From Pavona decussata (taxonomy: Eukaryota), in the NCBI GenBank assembly GCA_977016875.1, contig CDRNST010000273.1, forward strand, positions 5,146,001-5,210,000: DNA of 64,000 nt, written 5' to 3'. The translations under genes were made by a program, and so were the position numbers. Under the pieces are notes generated by a model. That model had not been told where the DNA came from, ran no database searches, and worked only from the letters and a program-made list of their open reading frames with translations. This document shows, in pieces, positions 41,173 to 50,889 of this stretch (position 1 is its first letter; the number at the start of each line of letters is the position of its first letter).

Positions 41173-42944
41173 TTAATCTTGCCTAGTTTGTTTGTCACTA
41201 TTTTTTCTCAAGTTTTGGCAGCGTTTGCCGATGCTTATTTTACATGACTCCCACATGCGGTTCAGTTCTTCTCTGTCCCTGCACTGGTAGCCGAAGCTCC
41301 TTGTCACTTCCGCTGAAACAAAACAAAATTCTTGGTGAGAACTCAAGTTTGGTAATACGCAAATAATCCCGCCAGCTACTCAGGGCATTTATACGCAAAT
41401 GATGGCTAACTGTATTTTGCAAAACGAAATGCAATGAAGCAGGTAAAAGTTCGCTGTGGTCTGATAAGAGCTCGTTTCGCATAATTTAATACAGATCTTT
41501 AATTTCAAAACTCTACACTTCCGGTGTTTATTCTTCACTTCTGTATTATACATCACAACGCGCGCCGAACAATGTCACTTGATATCATTATTTTACAGTT
41601 CATTTGTTTTCACTTAGTTTCGTTTCGTTCAAGGATGAAAACAGAGTTAATGTTGTAAGCATACCTTTGATTGCAGCAATGATTCTGTGATCAAGAGGTG
41701 CAAAGTCCTTGGTGCCATGAACTGTCGAATTCATAAGGACCTCCTTTGGAAACAGCTTGTCGACGAGCCGCAGGGCCATCACGGTTGGTTTTGTCGCTGC
41801 CTTTACGAAATTAAAGTCTGCTTTCGCTAACTTGACCTCTCCAACTCCTCCGACTTGGATTCTCTCTGATAACAAGAATAATAAACAAAACAACGGTGAA
41901 CAGTCAAATTGCGAGGATATGGAATTCCTATTTCAAGCTAAAGGAAAAGAAAACTCTAAGTCAAAACTGAGGGCCAAAGCTCTTTTGGAAGAATCTTTAT
42001 TGATTAGTTATTAAACTCGAAACAAAGTTCACGTTGATCCAGGATTAGCTTCAGATGTCAAGAAAATTTCAGTGAACGTAAGCCATAAAAACTTTCATAC
42101 CTGTGGAATCAAAGTCCGTTTGACGAATCAGCTCGTCCAGCACACGGTCAGGTTCTGTCATGCAAGGTGTGCGATGTAGGTCTGCAGCGGGTTCCTGTCT
42201 GAAATGCACAGGTGGCGTATAGGGCAGCTCTGGTGTTGTCGTGGTGCTACACTGTGATGCTCGGAAGGGCTGTGTTGACACTAGACTCAGCAATCTGTCC
42301 AGCTTGGCCTCCTTGGCTTCCATTATCCCTTCGAAGACGCAGATTTTGGTAGCACTGTGCCTGCTGATACCAGCCCAAACGTGAACTTTGAGAGGGTGCT
42401 TTGGTTTCGGCTTTCGCTTAGGGGGTTCACCAACCTTCCGGTAGCACGTGCGGCGGAACTGCTGAAGAGAGATGGAACATTCATCGCTAAAGATGATGTT
42501 GTCGAAGGTATCTTCAGTGGCTATCACTCGCTGCGCGAACTCGAGTCTCTTGGTCTTGTTTATGTCGCGGATCAGCTGGCAGTACTTTGTGTTTTGAAGA
42601 GTCCATCCTTTCTCTTTGCGTGCTCTTCGAACTGTTGATGGATGAACTTCCACGCCACGCTTGAAAAGCTTCTTTTGGATTTGGCGGCTGGTGGCTTCGT
42701 CATTTTTTCGCATCTGTGCCTCGATAAATGCCTTGGCAGATGCATTCAGCTTTCTTGGCCGACCGGACTTCGGGAGGTTGTCGACGGAACCGGTAAGTTT
42801 GATCTTTATAACTATTCTCGCAACGCTCTGATAGCTGACGGAAGAACCTTCGTCTCTTAATTTTTTGAATATAGCTAGCGGCTGCAAGCCATTTTCGTGA
42901 AGAGATTGGATTCGCTTTCGAGCGTAAGGTGAAACCTTTGGCAT
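41173..42944 (-). CDS. Predicted spliced 394-aa Tc1 transposase N-terminus/BEN-domain fusion protein; exons 42944-42101, 41865-41665, 41312-41173
   Basis: Exon 1 has the Tc1 HTH region with SGRPRKL, STVRR, FSDECS (first D) and KVHVWAGIS…FEGIMEA, then a non-Tc1 linker. Both introns are GT-AG and phase 1 (CAG|GTATGA…TATCAG|AG; AAG|GTATGC…TTTCAG|CG). Exons 2 and 3 give …PTVMALRLVDKLFPKEVLMNSTVHGTKDFAPLDHRIIAAIKAEVTRSF…ELNRMWESCKISIGKRCQNLRK…*, a BEN-domain pattern. The CDS is 844+201+140 = 1185 nt with no internal stop. Confidence 0.8.
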
Positions 42945-43069
42945 GATTACTGTAAACAGTGTGATTACAAATCACTGAAGATGACACTTATACAAAAACC
43001 GTTGCCATGATAACGTCACGATACCATGATGCCTCGCTGTCTCAAATAGAATTGTTTACGCAAACGGTT

Positions 43070-43380
43070 GATCGAAACGAAACGAAAGCCTTTCACTGTG
43101 CAATGTACTCAGCTTAGCCTCGAAAATTCGCTGCACTCTTCGAAACTTCGAAAAACGCTTCGAAAAATTGAAGCATTCTTCGAAATTTCGAAACATTTCC
43201 TTCGAAATTTCGCGAATCTTCTCGAATTGTCGTCCAAATTTTCGCTGAAACATTCGCATACAATTTCGAAATTTCGAAAGTGTCAAGACAATAGCGCTTT
43301 CGAAAATTCGTCGAAAGTTCGGCGATATTTCGTTTCGTTAAAAAAATCGCTGATTTTCGTCGAAAAGTGGCGAAATACCT
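43070..43380. repeat. Right subterminal CGAAATTTCG-type palindrome cluster
   Basis: Exact CGAAATTTCG at 43181, 43203 and 43267, plus many CGAAAATTCG and TTCGAA variants. Confidence 0.85.
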
Positions 43381-43424
43381 CGAAATTCGTCGAAATTCGC
43401 TCTCATTACTTTTGCACAGTACTG
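43381..43424 (-). repeat. Right TIR (44 bp)
   Basis: Exact reverse complement of 40186-40229. Confidence 0.97.
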
Positions 43425-44355
43425 TAGTACACGTACAAAGAAATATATTGAGAATGATGAGGACCGTGTGACGATCCGAACTGACCAGGATGCGGCAAGA
43501 AAAGCCACTCCTTAACTAATATTTTGAAATTCTTATTTTCAATTCTAATTTAATGAAAGAAACTAAAACAAGAACTTGTTGACACCAAACTGAGAGCAGG
43601 AAATTGTAGCAATTGATTAAAAATTTTAGCTTTGTTGAAGGGTTGTTAAACACAGACCGGATTATGGCCTGTGAACTTTGATTCAAAGTTGTTTACGTAA
43701 ATTACTGGAGTTCTCACCACTGACTTCTTCTTCTATGCCGTTTGTGTGAAATATACAAAGATTGTTTTCTCTCATTTTGACATTATAATCATCTTACTTT
43801 CAATGTTAACTGCAGCTTTAAAATTTGTGTGTAGTGATTGTGCAATGTTGTGAAAAATTAGTAACAAACATCCAAGGCATTTACAGATCAACACATATCT
43901 TCCTTGTGAACCAAACAAGTTGAACCAGCTTGGTTTTTGCAACTGCCAAATCAGTCATGAATGATATGTACTGTGAAATGGGTTTCTAATAGGTCACCTG
44001 CATCCTTGATATCCGAAAAACCGTTGCAAAATCTGTATTCTAAATTAGCTATTTTATTTTTACATGCACATCTTTCTTTGAATTCAAAGAGAAATTTTAT
44101 AGCCAGTACAGGTGGCTACCTATATCTGTACGGCCAGCAGAATTCTGCCAGTTCCCGGTTCTTTTTGTTTTTCTCTTTGACCATTACTGTTGCTGGCTTC
44201 TACTTGTTGTGTGAAATGGTGTTATTGTGACTAATAATAGTAATAATTAATAGAAATTAAATCAGTTTATAAACTTCACCCTTTAAAAATAAGATTGCTT
44301 TATCTAGCATTAGTAACCTACAAATAATAAATAATATTTTAAGAACAATTTAAAT

Positions 44356-47300
44356 TCTTTAAATTAATGCAAATCTTTTGCTGCTTTGCAGACAGCAGTG
44401 AATGCAATTTCTTTGTTGTCAAATGTTACAGTAGTGGCTGTGTACGGAGGCAGCCTTGTTGCTTAAATGGTGCCTTTGATGTGGCCAAATGGTGTTACAA
44501 CTTGGCCATAGTTGTTGCTGAATAAAAATTTGTATTATTTTTGCAAATGGCATTTTGGGATACAATGAATTTGTTTTATCTACTCAATCAGTTCTTATTG
44601 AGACTTTGTCATCTTTCTTGAATTTTAATTGTATGCATTGTACCTTTTTCTTTCCACATTCTGTTGGCACTTTTGAGAAGGCCTTGTGTCATTGGTGTTC
44701 TTGGCGATTGGTGTGCAATCTTTGTTCCATTTTGAAAACAGTAGTGCTTCATTCCATGGTTGTAAATTTTTTTTCCATTGTCAGATACATACTGACTATA
44801 GTCATCTGTATTTCTAAATTTAATTTTATCAGGTACATAGTAGTTGTGAAAAATCAAGTCACGAGTACGATATTCACGGTATACCACAAGAAGGGACTGG
44901 ATGACTAATTTATCCCATATGCCACTCATTGAATTTACTTTCCTGTTCGATGTCTGGTCCCAGGAATTCAAAATTGAGGTCAAAACTGGGGTATTCTGGT
45001 TCCATGTTATAGTTGTTGACAGTAATTTTTTTCGGAATGAAAATTTTGACCTGTCGCAGGCTCTTCAATCGATCTTTTTGGCGGGAAAAAATTTTAGGCC
45101 ACAAGGAACACTGTGATTTTTTGTGGAATACTTCCTGTTGTTACAGGTTTCTAGCTTTCTGGTTGCCTGTATTCTTTATGGCATGGGATAAATATTATAT
45201 ATATATGAATTTTCTTTTGCGGGTAACCGTTTTATTGTAAAGGGGAAGGACTTGTATAAACTTGGTGTGGTGGCCAATGAAAGTTACTGCCCATTTGTGG
45301 GACTCTGGTTTGGCTTTCAGGGGCAGTTTCAAATGTCCATTAAATGTATTGCTTGTAAAGATAGAAATGTTTCAGCTTCAAGAGGTTGTTTGACTGGTTT
45401 CACTCTACCTTTTACTGTTCTATGTTTTTGGTGAAATTTGCTTATTTTCACAAAAAGGTTCACAACTTTTTTATTTGTCTGTGTAGTTTTTGGTGAACCA
45501 CTTCATGATGCTTGTCTCCTGCGATGTGTTATTCTGTTGTGGGCGAAGGAAAATACATCTGTACACGATAATGTGTTGTTTGGGAGTGACTTTCTTGTTG
45601 TCTTCTGAGATTGTACTACCATTAGAGTACTTCCATTTCTTATGAACTAGAGATTGAAACAAAGGAAGCTAGTTATAAAAAATTAAAACTGGTTGGAAAA
45701 CAATGAAAATGATTCTGAAATAAATTATAAAATTGAACCACAACATACATGTATACACTACCTGCATATAGCAAATGCCAATTGAGGCAAGAAGTTAAAC
45801 AGATATGTTTTACTACACAAATTAGGTTGACTAAAAAGAAAAAAAGAAGAAAAGTGGCATTAGAAAAGTAAATGAATAAGTAAGTAGAAAACAAATAAGT
45901 ATTACAAGTTACCCAGGTAATTGTGATAGAAGAAATGTACACAAAGGATATAGACCATATTTAACAACTTTTCGCAGTGATCCATCCATTAAACTCATCA
46001 CCAACAGGTGAGTGTGGGGACGGTGCCCGCAAGGTCTGGGGGAGCCTCAAGCAAGTGCAAAAGGGGGCAAAGGCAGTGGATGAGGGCTGCATCAGTACGA
46101 TCTTTTAAAAAGCTGCAGCCCAGTTGGGATCTGTTGCTCATTACTTTTTCACTATGAAATCACATCAATGTCTGGATTGACATCTTTAGCAGCAGCACTA
46201 TTAGTGGGCAATTCCCTCTGCGAGACATCTATGCATGCACCATCTAAGAAACCAAACTGTCTCAACTGGTAATGAAGTTCTTGATTAGTAGGCTGTATTT
46301 CTGATACCTGCCTAGAACTGAACGGGTGAGCTGACTGGAATAACTGAACAGTCTCCTGCCAACCTCCGTCTACAAAGTGTGATATAAAGTAATGATATGC
46401 TGGCTGAAGGCAAGCCAATGCTTATGCTTCCCACTGATTGGTGAAGAGCAATGTTTCCATGAACTGTTGCCCCAATAACAGCACTGCAATTAGGAAAGCA
46501 ATGATTCGTCACTTCCGCCTCAAATTTCCTGATCTCTTCATCAGCTATAAGGGAAAGTGGCCCATCTTCTTCAAAGTCATGACATCAAATGTGATTGCAG
46601 GTTCTACTCCTTTAACTGGGCTAATTGCTGTGAACCATTAATGATGGGCTGACGTTTTTGTTTCTGTTTCCTCTGGTAGGCCCTCTCCATTGACAAAAGT
46701 TGGAATGTCACCAAAACAGTTAAGCACTTGATTAACTGATGGTTTACAGCCACCTCTTTGAAACCCCCTACAACCTATACATGTTCTGAAAGAAGAGATT
46801 CCATACTATTATCTTTAATACCGAGGTATATAACAGAAGCTAAAGAAAAAATATGACAAATCTTGAAAACGAAAAAAAACAAGAAAAATAAGAAAATTTT
46901 GCAAATGTCAAACTGTTAGCCAAATGGAACAGGTCTTAAACAGAGAATATGAATGTTTTAGTCACTTTAACACTGATTGAAAAAGTTTGCCACATGAGAA
47001 CCTTTCAAAAACAAATTTTGCTAGTTGGATCTCATTCTGACAGATCATATGAATTGTACCGTATGCGCAATAAATATTACTGTACCAGTTCAACAAAAAC
47101 TGTTCACACAAAAGTGGTACATTGAAATGCTTCCAAAAAGCTGCTTCAATGATAAACTTTTTCACTATTTACATAGTATAGAAAGTTTTCATCTGGATCT
47201 TCCTTGAAGTGGCCTACCAGGTCCAGCCCTTGGTCTACCATTGGCATCCTTTAGCCTTTTGGGGCAATCTCTTGATGGATCGTCAAAAAGGTACTCGTGT

Positions 47301-50228
47301 AAGTTGTGGTACCTCTCAAAACATGGTGCTGGACAGATGCCCAATCATTGCTGGTGTCAACCAGTTGGATGAACACTTTGCATTTCCTGTGAGTTTCAGT
47401 GACCACAGGGTGGTGAAAGAGCATGTGATTGAAGCATGTGTCTGGCAGTATTTGACTCCTGTCAGAAAACAATTTCCTCCGATTAGTTGTTGCAAGAGTG
47501 TATCTTTGAATTGACCAAGAGTGGTATCTGGGTGGCCTGCTTTCTGGTACAGGATGTTTGCATTTAGCACAGCAACCTCAAGCATGACCAAACCGGCTTC
47601 TTTTCAAAGGCAAAAATTGCCTGAATTGGACTCTTCCCTTGAATTGTATCAAAGTTTCATCCAAAGATAAATTCTGTGATAGTGAGTATACTGAAGTAAA
47701 CCTTGGAAACAGAATATTTAGAAATGGTCTTATTTTCTACAGTTTATCCCTATTAGGATCTGCAGGAACTGGTGCATTGTCATTGTTTACAAAATGCATA
47801 AGCCTTAGAATTGCAAGGTAGCAATCTCTAGCCATTGTGTTTGCGACTAATGGAGTATTAGTGACTGCATTAGAGGACCAGTACGATTTGAGGTTGTTTT
47901 TTTTTTTTTTAACTAAGCCCATGGCCCATGTGAGACCAAGCTAAGCTTTCAACTCAGGGACACCAAAATTTGGGAGACTGCCTAATAAATCTGCATCAAG
48001 TTCACTTTTGCAACTTAAGCTTCTGGTTCACTTGCCTGATCTTTTCCAGGCTCAGCTTCATCGGTTTCTGCGTTTTCAACATTGTTTTCTGGTTGACCTT
48101 GGCCAAAAAATGCTGAAATCTTTCTTTGTTTTGACACGACCTCGTTCAGCTTGATCAGTCACCATCTCACAAGCCCATGGGTTTCAATGAATAAAACTCC
48201 CTATAGCGATTACTTATACTAGTTCCCAGGGACCTGGAGTATGAACGGCCATTATGTTTATGTCAGACTGGACTAGTATTCTCCGCATTTGGGTTCTGGT
48301 TCTTGCATATTCTCCCCAAATTTTAAATGGGATATTGCTTTCAAAAGATTTTGAACAAGGAAAAATCACAAATTCCTTGCATCTACAAAATTTGAAGTGC
48401 ACCAAAATGACCCAGGCAACGAATTTGAAGGGGACATTTTTGCTCAGACTGCGCCAATTCCGCAATGGCACGCTCTAGATCAGACACTGGGGAAGGTGTT
48501 AGGTTGCTAGGTGGCAGCTGTTGTATACATGGCTTTGGGCTGGTGTGATCTGGTGTCATCGCTGCTGGGGTTAGACCAGTTAGTGGCTTCGCAGGGGATG
48601 GTTGCGGTGGCAGCTCTGCTTGTGGTGGATTGGAGTTGGTTTGCTTGAGCGGGCTGTGTGGCAGCATGGCAAGGTGTCGCAGGTCATTGTCGATGGTGAG
48701 ACGAGGTGGTGTGGTCTGTACTGGAAGGTATTTCCTCAAGAACTTGTGGTTGGGGGTGCTCATCCTTCCAGAGGGGTCAATGCGGATAACCTACTGGTCG
48801 AGTTCTGCTCTATGCAATGTGTCAACTTCAACAGTGAGCAGGATCTTCATAACATGGGTCAACTTTGTGTACTTTCAAAAGAACACATGAATATTTGGTG
48901 AAGGAGAGAAGTGGTTGATAGAACAATGCTCGAAGCATTCAAAAGCAAATACAAGTCTACTAGAGTAATTACTGATTGTACCAAAATTAGGTGTGAAATG
49001 CCCAGTAGGAACTCTTCAGTAATCTGCTAGATTATCATTACAAATAACCCTGTATTTGCATGTGAAACACAAGGAGAATTTGAAATTGCCTGCTATGGCA
49101 ACGATAGAATTTAATTTTTGTCATCGTTGTTGGAAAATGAACTTTGAATATGATTTTTATACTTCTTTGAATAGCCATTGTCTTTGAGTAACATGAATAC
49201 TGCCTGATGGTTACTACTTGATCAAATTTGTTGGTCAAAAAAAAAGGAAGTGATCACTAATGATGAATGTCTTGATGTTCAAGAAAATTCTCCCAACTAG
49301 TACATGTACAAAGAAATATATTGAGAATGATGAGGACCGTGTGACGATCCGAACTGACCAGGATGCGGCAAGAAAAGCCACTCCTTAACTAATATTTTGA
49401 AATTCTTATTTTCAATTCTAATTTAATGAAAGAAACTAAAACAAGAACTTGTTGACACCAAACTGAGAGCAGGAAATTGTAGCAATTGATTAAAAATTTT
49501 AGCTTTGTTGAAGGGTTGTTAAACACAGACCGGATTATGGCCTGTGAACTTTGATTCAAAGTTGTTTACGTAAATTACTGGAGTTCTCACCACTGACTTC
49601 TTCTTCTATGCCGTTTGTGTGAAATATACAAAGATTGTTTTCTCTCATTTTGACATTATAATCATCTTACTTTCAATGTTAACTGCAGCTTTAAAATTTG
49701 TGTGTAGTGATTGTGCAATGTTGTGAAAAATTAGTAACAAACATCCAAGGCATTTACAGATCAACACATATCTTCCTTGTGAACCAAACAAGTTGAACCA
49801 GCTTGGTTTTTGCAACTGCCAAATCAGTCATGAATGATATGTACTGTGAAATGGGTTTCTAATAGGTCACCTGCATCCTTGATATCCGAAAAACCGTTGC
49901 AAAATCTGTATTCTAAATTAGCTATTTTATTTTTACATGCACATCTTTCTTTGAATTCAAAGAGAAATTTTATAGCCAGTACAGGTGGCTACCTATATCT
50001 GTACGGCCAGCAGAATTCTGCCAGTTCCCGGTTCTTTTTGTTTTTCTCTTTGACCATTACTGTTGCTGGCTTCTACTTGTTGTGTGAAATGGTGTTATTG
50101 TGACTAATAATAGTAATAATTAATAGAAATTAAATCAGTTTATAAACTTCACCCTTTAAAAATAAGATTGCTTTATCTAGCATTAGTAACCTACAAATAA
50201 TAAATAATATTTTAAGAACAATTTAAAT
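44356..50228. repeat. Array unit copy 8 (5873 bp; edge copy with the most private SNPs)
   Basis: Direct periodicity; G>A at 48362, C>G at 48774, C>T at 49305. Confidence 0.95.
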
Positions 50229-50356
50229 TCTTTAAATTAATGCAAATCTTTTGCTGCTTTGCAGACAGCAGTGAATGCAATTTCTTTGTTGTCAAATGTT
50301 ACAGTAGTGGCTGTGTATGGATGCAGCCTTGTTGCTTAAATGGTGCCTTTGATGTG

Positions 50357-50760
50357 CCTCCATAGTGCAACAGCAACCCTTTGGCACGTAGGTATAGCTC
50401 TCTGAAATATTGTATTTTGCCGAGATATTTCAGGAGCAAGCTCATCGCAAATGTGGTTAAAGGTTTCCTTACACATGCGGAAGTTTTTGCGCCAGTCATC
50501 TGCAGTCCATGTTCTGTTAACAACACAGTGCCACCAGGCAGAACTACATTCCCTCACCCGGACTGAGCGATAATGAAAAATTCTACAAACCCTTGTCAGT
50601 CCACAAACTGTTATGCCAACAAGTGCCAAAAATCATTGTGTCTGCTGAAACCAAAAGATGCGGTAGCGTTGATTCCATAGGTAATTTTTCCTTGACAAAC
50701 GAAAAGCAGCTCTTCGGTTACGAAGGACTTTCTCCAGAGCAGTAACCCACAACATAAACA
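50357..50760 (-). pseudogene. PIF/Harbinger transposase N-terminal fragment, truncated at the array boundary
   Basis: RSVRVRECSSAWWHCVVNRTWTADDWRKNFRMCKETFNHICDELAPEISRQNTIFQRAIPTCQRVAVALWR matches W..NFRMS..TF..LC..L…R.AIP…RVAVALWRL. It is cut off before the DDE core. Confidence 0.85.
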
Positions 50761-50889
50761 AAACTCCGACCAACTTTTTCTGTTCGATATTTCACTACGC
50801 GAAATTAACACTTTCTTATGGAGGTGCTTTTGTTCAAATACATGTACAATTTTGAAGCGGGCCATCCAGCACATGATGAATTCGCCTCA

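Larger units (their letters stand above)
40186..43424 (-). mobile_element. Tc1/mariner-superfamily DNA transposon, 3239 bp, non-autonomous, carrying a transposase-BEN fusion gene
   Basis: The empty site in the other 7 copies is CCAAC-TA-GTACA. Here TA is duplicated at 40184-40185 and 43425-43426. The element has 44-bp perfect TIRs beginning CAGT and a Tc1-type ORF inside. Confidence 0.97.
35241..44355. repeat. Array unit copy 7 (5874 bp plus a 3241-bp Tc1 insertion including the TSD)
   Basis: 9115 bp = 5874 + 3239 element + 2-bp TA duplication. Confidence 0.95.
1..50356. repeat. Tandem array (macrosatellite) of a 5873/5874-bp unit; 8 full copies plus a 128-bp partial copy; open at the left window edge
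   Basis: The same ORF set recurs at 200, 6073, 11947, 17820, 23693, 29566, 35440 and 44555. With phase set by the window start TCTTTAAATTAATGC, units begin at 1, 5874, 11748, 17621, 23494, 29367, 35241, 44356 and 50229. Homology ends at 50356 (…CTTTGATGTG). Copies differ by only a few SNPs and a T14/T15 run. Confidence 0.98.

Noticed and set aside
42069-42944. Complete, active Tc1 transposase of 291 aa
   Set aside because: It lacks the second Asp and the Glu of the DDE triad, and its last residues (MKVFMAYVH) are read-through into a predicted intron.
40186-43424. CRISPR-like repeat-spacer arrays in the CGAAATTTCG clusters
   Set aside because: The motifs are short and irregularly spaced, the context is a eukaryotic transposon, and there are no cas genes.
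1-50356. rDNA, 5S, histone, snRNA or tRNA gene array
   Set aside because: No histone ORF and no rRNA, tRNA or snRNA motif recognisable by eye in the unit. A covariance-model search is still needed to exclude small RNAs formally.
1-50356. Pure assembly artefact
   Set aside because: Copy-specific SNPs, SNPs shared by neighbouring copies, and a single-copy transposon insertion with a TSD argue for real copies. The exact copy number could still be wrong.
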